Virus record (IMG/VR): IMGVR_UViG_3300021961_000020
Length of the DNA: 64,000 nt
Source: a virus
Strand: one strand, 5' to 3'
The notes beneath the pieces are model-generated. The model ran no database searches. It saw nothing but the letters and a program-made list of their open reading frames with translations, and had not been told where the DNA came from. The position numbers and the translations under genes were made by a program. Within the stretch, counting starts at the first letter, position 1. Every line of letters starts with the position of its first letter. Positions 54,731 to 63,701 of this stretch are shown here, one piece after another.

Positions 54731-57222
54731 GAGAAAAACATTTCTAGGTTTGCGGTTTTCTCCACAGACCACCCAATAGCATCTAGGATGATCCTTAGAG
54801 GTTCTAAGAATGCCTTGTCAAATTGCAAGTCATAATCAACATATTTGGAGATGTTGAGTTCTGTTGGAAAGTCCTGAATGAAAGAGATAACATTCTCATG
54901 AATGATATTGGGTTTCTTCAGATAACAAAACTTGATCTTCTCCCCGTTTTGGATCAATGAATACTTATGGGTAAGATTTCCTTTCTTAATGTAGTGATTG
55001 TACAGGAGTGCTCCCCGAACATGAATCGGGGTTGCCTTGACATAGATGTCAGAGCTGGATTTATACTTGGTTACATCACTAACAGATCTCGGAAAAGAAA
55101 TTTCCTCAGGAGCAAGTTTCTTAAACTTGCTACGGCATTGATCTATGTAGTCTATCATAGCATCTTCTGATCCTGACATCATAATTTTAAAAGATTCTTT
55201 AAGCATTTGACGACAGGGTGCAGGGGTTGATGATTTAACTGCCTCAATACCCATAACCTTCAGTTTAGGTTCAGTATATGCAACTCCCTCGCTGTTCCAA
55301 ACATTAAGAATATACCGTTTCTTAGCAGTCCAAATACCACGGTCAGCGATATTCTCCCGCTTCATACTCATTTTCTGTTCATATGCCGAAACATAATCCG
55401 CAAGTTCCTGATAGCTGGACTCGATGAATGGTTCCAACTTTTCTTGACAGATCTTGTCAAGTATCCCCACAACTGCTGCTTTATCACCAGACTTATTACC
55501 AAAAAATTGAGTAACAAGAGGTCCAAGATTAAGATAGATTGAGTCTGTATCGCTAGCGATGACATAATCTTCGCGTTCTGTACGCAAAAGTTTATTTAGA
55601 TATTCGTTCATTTTGTTCTCGATCCAGCGAATCGAGACCTGGCCAGACAGAGTGATTGCCTCAGCGTTTGCTAGTTTGAAATACCTGAAGTATTGATTAC
55701 CAATGGCACCATAAGCAGAGTTAAGAGAAATCTTCTTTGCCATCTGAATGTTATTGCAGCGGGCAATCTCTTTCTTAAGGGCGTCGGTAGGAGTCTTCTC
55801 GTATTGTTGCTTGGCAGCAAGCATCTTCTTCTTAAAGATGACACGCTCACCATACATTTTCTCCATCAGTTCGGGAAGAAATCCCTTTTTGTTCTTACGG
55901 AACATAGCACCGTTAGGACAAACGGAATAGTCCTTGTACATTTCAAAGTTGATTTCTTCCTTCAGGATCCTTTCAACAGATGCAGTGGGATGCCGCTCCT
56001 CGATGATGGTTTCAGGGGAGATGTTGTACTGCATAATGAGATGAGGATAAAGGGAATTAAGATCAAAAGAGACCACCCAATCATACACCCCAGGATTCGG
56101 TTCCTTAACATAAGCACCCGCGTACTTTTCATCTTTGTCTGTCTGCTCCTTAGGAGGAATAACGATACCTTTCTTCTTAAGGTAGTTATAAATGATGGTA
56201 TCCCACATCCTAACTTGATAGAAGACATCATTATAGTTAACTTTGGCATCATATGCCATAGTCAGAGCGAGCTCGATCAACTTCATCTTGTCCTCAAGAC
56301 GGTCTACGAGCTCCACATCGATGATGTTATATTCTACAAACTTCTGCCAACCGTTAGTATAGAACTCTTGGAAGGTATCAAACTCGGAGTGATCAAGTTT
56401 CTTCTGACCGAGTTCTACATTAGCAATGTGGTCCAGACGATAAGATTCCTGATTTGTATAAGTGAATTTCTTATACAGATCGAGATAATCTAGTTGTGTA
56501 ATGCCCCCAATATCGTAATAAATCTGTTGACGACCCTTGATGAATACCTCTTTCTGGGACACTAGACCCCAGGGAGACAGTCTCTTAGCAAGTTTCTCAC
56601 CAAGAACACGATCAATACGCTTTGCAATAAACGGGATGTCGAACAGTTGGATGTTCCAACCAGTTACAACATCGGGAGTATTGTCCATCCACCAGTGGAT
56701 GAAATCATTCAGAAGATCACGCTCATTATTGAACTGAAGATAACGAACATTATCCTGTTTGATCTTAAATGGACCTTGACCCCAGGTAGTAATCTCCTTG
56801 GTGTTGTAGTCCTGAATAGTAATCAACAAAATCTCCTGGTCTGCTGATGCAACATCAGGGAACCCATTCTCAGAACGGGTCTCAATATCGACCGTTACGA
56901 GACGAATCTTACTGATATCAAAGTCAATCTGATCTTGAGGATACTTATCCGAGATGTATTGATAGATGAACCGTTCGTTACCGTAGATCTTAAAGTTCTC
57001 TACCTGTGAATACTTTTTAATAAACTCCCGACAGTCAGATACCGACCCAGGTTTAATGGGTTCGACATAATCACCATCGAGAGTTTTGTAGAAAGTTTCT
57101 TTCTTTGCGGGAACAAAGAGAGTGGGTTGATATTTTTCACGAAACTGAATGTACTCACCATTTTCATAACCACGAACGAGGAACTGGTCCCCAATCATTT
57201 GTACATTAGTATAGAATTTCAT
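54727..57222 (-). CDS. gp43: Family B DNA polymerase (T4 gp43-like)
   Basis: DIET exonuclease, DLNSLYP, KISLNSAYG, SDTDS, KKRY. Confidence 0.98.
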   Translation of the reverse strand: MKFYTNVQMIGDQFLVRGYENGEYIQFREKYQPTLFVPAKKETFYKTLDGDYVEPIKPGSVSDCREFIKKYSQVENFKIYGNERFIYQYISDKYPQDQIDFDISKIRLVTVDIETRSENGFPDVASADQEILLITIQDYNTKEITTWGQGPFKIKQDNVRYLQFNNERDLLNDFIHWWMDNTPDVVTGWNIQLFDIPFIAKRIDRVLGEKLAKRLSPWGLVSQKEVFIKGRQQIYYDIGGITQLDYLDLYKKFTYTNQESYRLDHIANVELGQKKLDHSEFDTFQEFYTNGWQKFVEYNIIDVELVDRLEDKMKLIELALTMAYDAKVNYNDVFYQVRMWDTIIYNYLKKKGIVIPPKEQTDKDEKYAGAYVKEPNPGVYDWVVSFDLNSLYPHLIMQYNISPETIIEERHPTASVERILKEEINFEMYKDYSVCPNGAMFRKNKKGFLPELMEKMYGERVIFKKKMLAAKQQYEKTPTDALKKEIARCNNIQMAKKISLNSAYGAIGNQYFRYFKLANAEAITLSGQVSIRWIENKMNEYLNKLLRTEREDYVIASDTDSIYLNLGPLVTQFFGNKSGDKAAVVGILDKICQEKLEPFIESSYQELADYVSAYEQKMSMKRENIADRGIWTAKKRYILNVWNSEGVAYTEPKLKVMGIEAVKSSTPAPCRQMLKESFKIMMSGSEDAMIDYIDQCRSKFKKLAPEEISFPRSVSDVTKYKSSSDIYVKATPIHVRGALLYNHYIKKGNLTHKYSLIQNGEKIKFCYLKKPNIIHENVISFIQDFPTELNISKYVDYDLQFDKAFLEPLRIILDAIGWSVEKTANLEMFFS

Positions 57223-57515
57223 TCACCAAGAAGTTCGTTGTATGCTTGAAGGATAAAAGATTCTGGATCAACCAGGGTTAGGATAGTATCACTTTGGATT
57301 CTACACTTTTTCTGAGAACTCAACTTCATTATAGTCCATGGTTTCAGACGATCTTTGTATGGACCATCATAGTCCTCATCTTGAGGGATAAACTCATAAG
57401 GATTTGTAAGTTCGCAGTCTGGTTCTCCAATGTCAGCACCATAAACCTCTTCGACGCCAGCGATGAGACATTTATAGTCTTCTTTAAGAACAATAACTTT
57501 AACTGATGGCATCAA
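57219..57515 (-). CDS. Small hypothetical, possible paralog of the neighbouring gene
   Basis: LTNPY...PW pattern shared with 57499-57810. Confidence 0.6.
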   Translation of the reverse strand: MMPSVKVIVLKEDYKCLIAGVEEVYGADIGEPDCELTNPYEFIPQDEDYDGPYKDRLKPWTIMKLSSQKKCRIQSDTILTLVDPESFILQAYNELLGE

Positions 57516-57810
57516 TCAACTCCCTGTACATATTTTTAAGATCAGCAACTGGTTCAAAAACCGTTTGAACTGAACTAGGATTGACAATAAAACTAGTGTC
57601 AGTGGTTAATGGTTGCCAAGTAGCAAGAGAAACTTGAGAGGTATTATTAAGTTCCTCCGAAGAATCTTCCATTAGTGTCATTGTAGGTTGCAGGATGACA
57701 CGGTATGGATTATTGAAAAGATATTGACGAGTTTTATCTTCAGGATCAACCAATTCTTTAATATCAGCAATGATTTTATCATTGCCAATCACAGCGACTC
57801 TAACCGACAT
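57499..57810 (-). CDS. Small hypothetical
   Basis: FNNPY...WQPL; start MSVRVAV. Confidence 0.6.
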   Translation of the reverse strand: MSVRVAVIGNDKIIADIKELVDPEDKTRQYLFNNPYRVILQPTMTLMEDSSEELNNTSQVSLATWQPLTTDTSFIVNPSSVQTVFEPVADLKNMYRELIDAIS

Positions 57811-57832
57811 AATAGACTTTTTACCTCTTACT

Positions 57833-57867
57833 AGTATAACATGAAAAAGGGGGGCGATCAACCCCCC
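57833..57867 (-). promoter_or_regulatory. Terminator hairpin carrying a -35 (TTGATC) in its loop, N17, then TATACT
   Basis: GGGGGG-TTGATCG-CCCCCC-TTTTT-CATGT-TATACT. Confidence 0.75.
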
Positions 57868-57872
57868 GATAT

Positions 57873-58307
57873 TTAGAACCAGTCCTTACGCTTATGCGCC
57901 TCTGGGACAATCTTCCCAAGAGTCACTGTCAAAAGACCATCCTCAAAGGTCACATCCCTAACTTCCGTCTCATCAGAGAGCGTCCAGACCCTCGTAAAGG
58001 ACCTCTGCGCCAGTCCCTTGTGGGAGAAGATGGTATCGGTCTCTTTGTCCTCCTTCTGCCCCTCTACGAAGAGTTTACCAGCCTCCGTATAGACAGACAC
58101 CTCCGCCTTCCTAAATCCTGCTAAGGCGACTTCCAGCTTACATTCAGTATTGCTGATGTTGTAGAGGTTATATGGGGGATAATTAGAAGTAGTTTCGTGT
58201 AGTTTGAAGATACGATCGAAATAATCATCCATGCCAATGCTATTGCGTGTGATCTTATCCATCAAAGCAGAAAGATCCGACGCATTATACCGTGCAAGGT
58301 TTGCCAT
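57873..58307 (-). CDS. hsp20: Small heat shock protein (Hsp20/IbpA-like)
   Basis: NYPPYNL, EVALAGF, HKGLAQRSF, FEDGLL; start MANLARY with SD GGAG. Confidence 0.95.
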   Translation of the reverse strand: MANLARYNASDLSALMDKITRNSIGMDDYFDRIFKLHETTSNYPPYNLYNISNTECKLEVALAGFRKAEVSVYTEAGKLFVEGQKEDKETDTIFSHKGLAQRSFTRVWTLSDETEVRDVTFEDGLLTVTLGKIVPEAHKRKDWF

Positions 58308-58385
58308 TATGGTAGCTCCTTTAAAAGCGAGTTTGTGTTGTGTGGACCCTTTCGGCATCCAATACTAATTATAATAGTTTGCATT

Positions 58386-58409
58386 AAAAAGGGGGTGTTG
58401 GTAACCCCC
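58386..58409 (-). terminator. Intrinsic terminator downstream of regA
   Basis: GGGGGT-N7-ACCCCC then TTTTT. Confidence 0.8.
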
Positions 58410-58466
58410 ATAAAGTAGCGTATATTCCGTATGTATAGAGTCGCGCACGAAATGGCGACGAACTAT

Positions 58467-58910
58467 TTATACGGTTTCTTCTCCTTCTACCTTAGTCTTG
58501 CGACCAATGTTATATTTTGTTTCAAGCACCCAGTTGTTCTTATCCTTGTAAGAAAGAACTTTAATTTGATTAAGAGGAGCAATGTCCTGAATCTTTTCAG
58601 CATCAACGACAGTAATCAGACCCCAATCAGCAAGGAGTTGGGAAATTCTATTACGACGCTGGACATCGTTGACAGTAAGATTTGCTTTCTTACCGTCAAG
58701 AGCAAACAGTTCTTTGAAATGGACGATGTAATATCTACCCTGCTTGTGAAGAATGTGGCAGGATTGATACAGTTTCTTTTCCTTTCTGGATGCTACACCG
58801 ATTCTGGTCAGGGTCTCTCGCACCTTCAGGAAATCATCAGGTTCACTCAGAGAAACTTCAATCATCTTCTCGGGCGACCAATCAACGGTCGGTTCAACAA
58901 CGACGCTCAT
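58467..58910 (-). CDS. regA: Translational repressor
   Basis: PDDFLKVRETLTRIGVAS, SCHILHKQGRYYIVHFKE. Confidence 0.97.
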   Translation of the reverse strand: MSVVVEPTVDWSPEKMIEVSLSEPDDFLKVRETLTRIGVASRKEKKLYQSCHILHKQGRYYIVHFKELFALDGKKANLTVNDVQRRNRISQLLADWGLITVVDAEKIQDIAPLNQIKVLSYKDKNNWVLETKYNIGRKTKVEGEETV

Positions 58911-58934
58911 CTCAATTAATGAAAAATGTTTGTA

Positions 58935-59765
58935 TTATTTATCTAAACTTTTCTTGACTTCGTTAAGAGCTTCCTGAAGAATTCTCCTTGGTTCTTCATA
59001 TGTCATTTTGATCAACCATTTTTTATCCCAAAATTCGTCTAGTTTACAACTCTTACCAGTAAAATCCTCATAGATTCCTAAGAAAAGACTAAACAATCCC
59101 CATTGACTTGACGGAAAATATGCGGGGGAAAGGCAAACAAAGATGGCATCATATTCATAGTTTCCATGATCATATTGCTCTTTAAAACAGGTTTCCCATT
59201 TACAAGGATTACCAACATAATCACAGATAAACTTATTGAAAGGAGTACGAGTATCTTCATCTGCCTTAGAATCATTATTTCTGATCCAAGTCATACTATC
59301 CAACTTGTTCTGGGAATGCAAATATCCTCCCCAGCTCCCCTCATCAACTTTACCAAAAGCTTTTGTCATCTCATATTCTAAAATATGACCAGCCATATGT
59401 TGCTGTTCATCTCCAGCACAGTCTTCATCAACATAACACCCTGCTAAGAAATCATCGTGGTGATCAATATTGACAATCTCAATATGATCTTTGTCATGTA
59501 GATATTCCAGAATATAATCATGATCCATTCCAAACCAAACATGAGCATTTGGACTGGCGACAAGTGCTTTAGTAAATGTATCTAAAAGATATTCTAAGCA
59601 TTCTTCATCGATTATTTTTTCCCTGGTGTTTAGAGAAGGATACCTCAGAAAATAATAATACCATTTTGTAAATGGATGCCACTCAGAAAACATTTCATTG
59701 TCTTCATTTGGCCATTCATCTACAGTGGGAAAAGCATAATCAATATCAATGCTTAAGACTTTCAT
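58935..59765 (-). CDS. UPF0489-like / arginase-deacetylase-fold protein
   Basis: LSIDIDY, NIDHHDD, FVCLSPAY. Confidence 0.6.
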   Translation of the reverse strand: MKVLSIDIDYAFPTVDEWPNEDNEMFSEWHPFTKWYYYFLRYPSLNTREKIIDEECLEYLLDTFTKALVASPNAHVWFGMDHDYILEYLHDKDHIEIVNIDHHDDFLAGCYVDEDCAGDEQQHMAGHILEYEMTKAFGKVDEGSWGGYLHSQNKLDSMTWIRNNDSKADEDTRTPFNKFICDYVGNPCKWETCFKEQYDHGNYEYDAIFVCLSPAYFPSSQWGLFSLFLGIYEDFTGKSCKLDEFWDKKWLIKMTYEEPRRILQEALNEVKKSLDK

Positions 59766-60142
59766 TTTTTAATACCACCTGTATCCATTTTCTTATGGAT
59801 GAATTTGATTTGCTCTGGCGAGAGAATCTTAAGTGCTTGTTGTGCCTTTTCGTTACTGTACCCGTAGTATTTTTTTACTACTTCGAGGTCAGCAATCTTC
59901 TCTTGCTTCAACCAGGGAGAGAATCTCTTCTTCTTTCTCAGACTATGTAGCATGAAATGGTACTGCATGTCTTTGTTAAGATGAGTATTCTTATTCATCT
60001 CATTGGCAAACAAGATGGCATCGATGTGTCCAGACATACAACGATTCACGATGTAAGCAGGATACTTTTTGCATGCCTCAGGATCTTCACTAAGGTCCTG
60101 CTTGTTTGTGTTAATAGAGTTCAACCAGTCTTTCAGTTCCAT
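59762..60142 (-). CDS. gp62: Clamp loader small subunit
   Basis: LKDWLNSIN, ANEMN, KKRFSPW, YYGYS..KA..AL. Confidence 0.93.
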   Translation of the reverse strand: MELKDWLNSINTNKQDLSEDPEACKKYPAYIVNRCMSGHIDAILFANEMNKNTHLNKDMQYHFMLHSLRKKKRFSPWLKQEKIADLEVVKKYYGYSNEKAQQALKILSPEQIKFIHKKMDTGGIKK

Positions 60143-60143
60143 A

Positions 60144-60995
60144 TCAATAATTAACCAAAACGAGTTCTTTACGATCTTGTTGTTCCCGCATATACTGACC
60201 AACCGAACGCATGGTATAGGTCAGATCAAACTCAGATGCTTTCCAGTTAGTGAACCGATCTTTAACGAGTTGACTTGAGTTGTAACTTACAAGACTATCT
60301 ATCTTACAAGCAGAGCAGTCAGCAGCAAACTTATCGTGATCAAATCCTTTGTGCATTGATCCTTTACGACCATAAAGATTGTCTTTGATGTCGTAAGGCG
60401 GATCAAGATAGATAAAGATCTTTTGATCTACAAGACCGAAGCACTTGTCTGGAGATTCATCCAGAAGATAATCGTAAGAGTAGTTTGTGATATTCCAGTT
60501 CTTGATTAGTTCTGAGTAGAAGGGCAGTTTGTCAATTCCCCTGAAGGAGAAGTTTGAGTCACTTGCTTGGGCAGAGAATGAACTGGATTCAGTAAGACCT
60601 GAGAAAGAGCATTTATTAACAACATAGAAGGAAACAGCACGCTGGAAATTTTCACTGTCTTCCAGAGGTCTAGCAAGATATGCTTTGGCGTCAAGGAATA
60701 AGTTTTTAGCACTTGCAGGATCAACATGGCGTTGTTTAAGTTGATTTAGTTCATCTCTCATCTCACGACCAAACATCTGGAGTTGCTGCCAGAAGTTGAC
60801 CAGAGGTTCATAAAGGTCATTGACCCATACCCTGCTGTCAGGGTAACGCTTAGTCCATTCGATAGCGAAGGAACCGCCACCTAGGAAAGGTTCCCTCAGT
60901 TCATCATACTCCTTGTCGGGGATATAAGAGAAAAGTTTTTGTACGGCACGAGACTTGCCGCCAGGATAACGAAGGGGGGTTTTCAAAGATTTCAT
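60144..60995 (-). CDS. dam: N6-adenine DNA methyltransferase (Dam/D12 class)
   Basis: LRYPGGKS, EPFLGGG, YLDPPY. Confidence 0.95.
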   Translation of the reverse strand: MKSLKTPLRYPGGKSRAVQKLFSYIPDKEYDELREPFLGGGSFAIEWTKRYPDSRVWVNDLYEPLVNFWQQLQMFGREMRDELNQLKQRHVDPASAKNLFLDAKAYLARPLEDSENFQRAVSFYVVNKCSFSGLTESSSFSAQASDSNFSFRGIDKLPFYSELIKNWNITNYSYDYLLDESPDKCFGLVDQKIFIYLDPPYDIKDNLYGRKGSMHKGFDHDKFAADCSACKIDSLVSYNSSQLVKDRFTNWKASEFDLTYTMRSVGQYMREQQDRKELVLVNY

Positions 60996-61627
60996 TCAAA
61001 AAATTCCATTACGGTTTGCTTCTGTGGGAAGAAGAAGTCTGGATATGCTTCGATCAGTTTAACATCATACATGCAAGAAATCAACATGTCTCTGATCTGA
61101 AAATCAGGTTTTTTTCTAACTTTGAACGAACGATCCAGAACAGGACTCTTACTCTGAATAAACCACCCATTTTCATCAATAGGAATAAGATTGGCAGGGA
61201 TCTTCCAAATCATTTCTCTCAGCGGTGTGACTAAAACATGATAGAAGACATCAATACTATCTGGTCCATAAAAACATTTAGATGGATCAGATTTAGATCC
61301 AGAAGACTGAAACCTAAAGTCAAAAGTATCTCTTCTAACTTCGATACCGCGACGGACTCTTAGACCAGTATCGATTTTAGCTTTCCAAGCAACCTTCTTA
61401 ACCTGAGCTCTTTCAATCTTTCTCGGATCGTCACCTTGAACCCACCAATCAGTTCCTTGATCGACGAGAGGTTTTCCGAAATTAATTTTGTTTTTTAAAA
61501 AATACTTTGCAACGATATGCTCCGCTGCTTCTCCGATAAAAACGGTATCCGAATTCTTTCTATCAAATTCAGTATCAAACTCCTCGGGAAGCAGAGGGGG
61601 CATAAACGCAGGGACAATAATAGACAT
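60992..61627 (-). CDS. PD-(D/E)XK endonuclease-like protein
   Basis: GEAAE..V...F, KPLVDQGTDW, RAQVKK, DVFYHV. Confidence 0.7.
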   Translation of the reverse strand: MSIIVPAFMPPLLPEEFDTEFDRKNSDTVFIGEAAEHIVAKYFLKNKINFGKPLVDQGTDWWVQGDDPRKIERAQVKKVAWKAKIDTGLRVRRGIEVRRDTFDFRFQSSGSKSDPSKCFYGPDSIDVFYHVLVTPLREMIWKIPANLIPIDENGWFIQSKSPVLDRSFKVRKKPDFQIRDMLISCMYDVKLIEAYPDFFFPQKQTVMEFFE

Positions 61628-61644
61628 AACTTAAAATATAAAAG

Positions 61645-61710
61645 AAATAACAGAACACACATTGCTGAGTGTTCTGTTATTTATACAAAAAAACCACCAA
61701 AGTTGGTGGT
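61645..61710 (-). promoter_or_regulatory. Terminator + late promoter TATAAATA + 14-bp perfect hairpin
   Basis: Terminator at 61687-61710; TATAAATA at 61678-61685; AAATAACAGAACAC-N10-GTGTTCTGTTATTT at 61645-61682. Confidence 0.8.
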
Positions 61711-61744
61711 GTTAGTATTTGTTAACAATTACTTAAACTTGCAC

Positions 61745-62374
61745 TCAACCATAAACAACTTTGAATTTTTCATAATCTTTTTTTAGTTCCGATACTCTTA
61801 TTCCAGTTTTGTCAGGTAAATGTTCTACAGGAATCATCCAAACTGTGTCATCTATAACACTAATGAATGCCATATAATCAACGATCTCCCTATACGGTAT
61901 CCTATCAGTATGATTGGTCATGAGATGAAACTGTGCTTTTGCTGAGGAATACTGTGCAGTTGATTTTACCTGAACTCTTTCAAAATTTTTTCCATCTTTT
62001 GATATGATAAAATCAGATCCCCAAATATCTTCAACTGGTTTATAAACTTGATAACCCTTCACCATCATCAAATTTTTAAACTTATCTTCACAAATTCTTC
62101 CAAGACCTTTTCTTAGAGTGGCAATTTTTACATCCTCAGGATTAAACAAACTGTTTTTAAGAACTTGATTTGTGCCAATTATTTCTTGATACTTTTTCTT
62201 TGCCTCAATAATTGCTTCATCTTTATTTCTAGTTTTAAGCGACCAATGTCCCCCTCTCCGCCACCCTGATTTTTTTAGAATACGAAGATACCAAGTTGGT
62301 TGACCATATCTTTGAAAGATACTTGCATCGGGGTCATTATTGAATGACTCTACATTTTGGAAAACCTCGCTCAT
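61745..62374 (-). CDS. PD-(D/E)XK endonuclease-like protein with extra N-terminal domain
   Basis: GRICE..F...M..KGYQVYKPVEDIWGSDFII, RVQVKS, DYMAF. Confidence 0.75.
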   Translation of the reverse strand: MSEVFQNVESFNNDPDASIFQRYGQPTWYLRILKKSGWRRGGHWSLKTRNKDEAIIEAKKKYQEIIGTNQVLKNSLFNPEDVKIATLRKGLGRICEDKFKNLMMVKGYQVYKPVEDIWGSDFIISKDGKNFERVQVKSTAQYSSAKAQFHLMTNHTDRIPYREIVDYMAFISVIDDTVWMIPVEHLPDKTGIRVSELKKDYEKFKVVYG

Positions 62375-62766
62375 TTAAAATTACATTCCATAAGATATTT
62401 TTCTGCCATTTTAATTCCAGCAAGAGTATCACCAAGATTACCAATGGCAGAATTACACTGATAACATAACCAACCTCTAAATTTATTGGTTTGATGATCG
62501 TGGTCAAAAACTAACATTTCAGTTGTTTTTCCACAACATCTGCATGGAGTACCAAGAGGAGGTCTTTCCATATTCAACTCTTGCATGAGTTTTTTTGCCT
62601 GAGATGAATGTGCTTTCCCCCCTACTCTACGACAAACTTTACACTCGCTGCGGTATCTTTTAGGATAAAGTTTGCCATTTACTATTCTTTCAGAATGACA
62701 TAGATGAAATTCACTCAAAGGTTTAGTTTTGCCACATATGCGACACTCTTTCATTTGAACTTGCAC
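62371..62766 (-). CDS. Endonuclease VII-like (His-Me) nuclease
   Basis: CRICG..KPLSEF...CKVC; CRCC, LVFDHDH, RGWLCYQCNSAIG. Confidence 0.88.
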   Translation of the reverse strand: MQVQMKECRICGKTKPLSEFHLCHSERIVNGKLYPKRYRSECKVCRRVGGKAHSSQAKKLMQELNMERPPLGTPCRCCGKTTEMLVFDHDHQTNKFRGWLCYQCNSAIGNLGDTLAGIKMAEKYLMECNFK

Positions 62767-63701
62767 TCCACCATAATTTCAGTCAACGCCGCGAGGAGGT
62801 TGATCTCCTGGTCGGCAACAAATGCGATCTGATACTGATACTTAGCAATGATGAGGACAGCAGCAGCAATGCTAGGACCCTCCAAGGTGCTATAAAGAGC
62901 ATCGTAAACACGACGCAGTAATACGCTAGGATCATTATCCAGATTATTAACGACCCATTTGCGAACTGACTGAAAGTCCTTCTGCTTGAGTTTCTGGAGG
63001 AGATCATTTACCTTAACATCCCCAAACTCTGCAAGGATTGCCGAATCAATTTTACCACCCACCGAGTACCTTTGGCACTCGTTGAGGACACGACGCCAGT
63101 CAGGGAAGTGCTTGTTGATGAGTTCGACAAGAACTTTTTCGTCATAGGCAATACCTTCTCCAGAAAGAATTTGTCCAAGACGCCTAAAGAAGTCTGCTGC
63201 GATTGCAGGTTTCTGCCTTGCAGTAATAGAAAATTCGACGACGGCACACCGAGAATGAAGGGGTTCGATGATTTTGTTTTTGTAGTTACAGGTGAAGATG
63301 AACCTACAGTTGCCATAAAACGCCTCAATATTAGCCCGTAGGAGGAGCTGTACATCGTGGGTTGTGTTATCAGCCTCGTCGATAATGATGACCTTGTGCG
63401 GTGCATCTGAAGAAAGTGAGACGGTCGAAGCAAAGTTCTTTGCTTGATTCCGTACAGTATCGAGAAATCTACCTTCGTCGGATCCATTGATAATAATATA
63501 GTCGCAGTTTAGTTGCTCGCAAATAGCGCGAGCGATAGTTGTCTTGCCACAACCAGCAGGACCTGCAAGAAGCAGGTTAGGAATCTCTCCTTGTGCTAGG
63601 AAATCCTGAAAGGTTTTCTTTGTAGCAGCAGGAAGGATACACTCATCAATAGTTTTGGGACGATACTTTTCGACCCAGAGAAAATCACTACGCATAATCA
63701 A
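62751..63701 (-). CDS. gp44: Clamp loader large subunit
   Basis: WVEKYRP, GPAGCGKT, IIDEAD, SRC. Confidence 0.97.
   Translation of the reverse strand: MIMRSDFLWVEKYRPKTIDECILPAATKKTFQDFLAQGEIPNLLLAGPAGCGKTTIARAICEQLNCDYIIINGSDEGRFLDTVRNQAKNFASTVSLSSDAPHKVIIIDEADNTTHDVQLLLRANIEAFYGNCRFIFTCNYKNKIIEPLHSRCAVVEFSITARQKPAIAADFFRRLGQILSGEGIAYDEKVLVELINKHFPDWRRVLNECQRYSVGGKIDSAILAEFGDVKVNDLLQKLKQKDFQSVRKWVVNNLDNDPSVLLRRVYDALYSTLEGPSIAAAVLIIAKYQYQIAFVADQEINLLAALTEIMVECKFK

Noticed and set aside
39579-57222. Inteins or introns in nrdA, nrdB, gp41, uvsX, gp43
   Set aside because: Protein lengths and motif spacing are normal
61745-62374. Integrase or prophage attachment near the arm-like domain or tRNAs
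   Set aside because: No tyrosine or serine recombinase catalytic domain and no duplicated tRNA 3' ends
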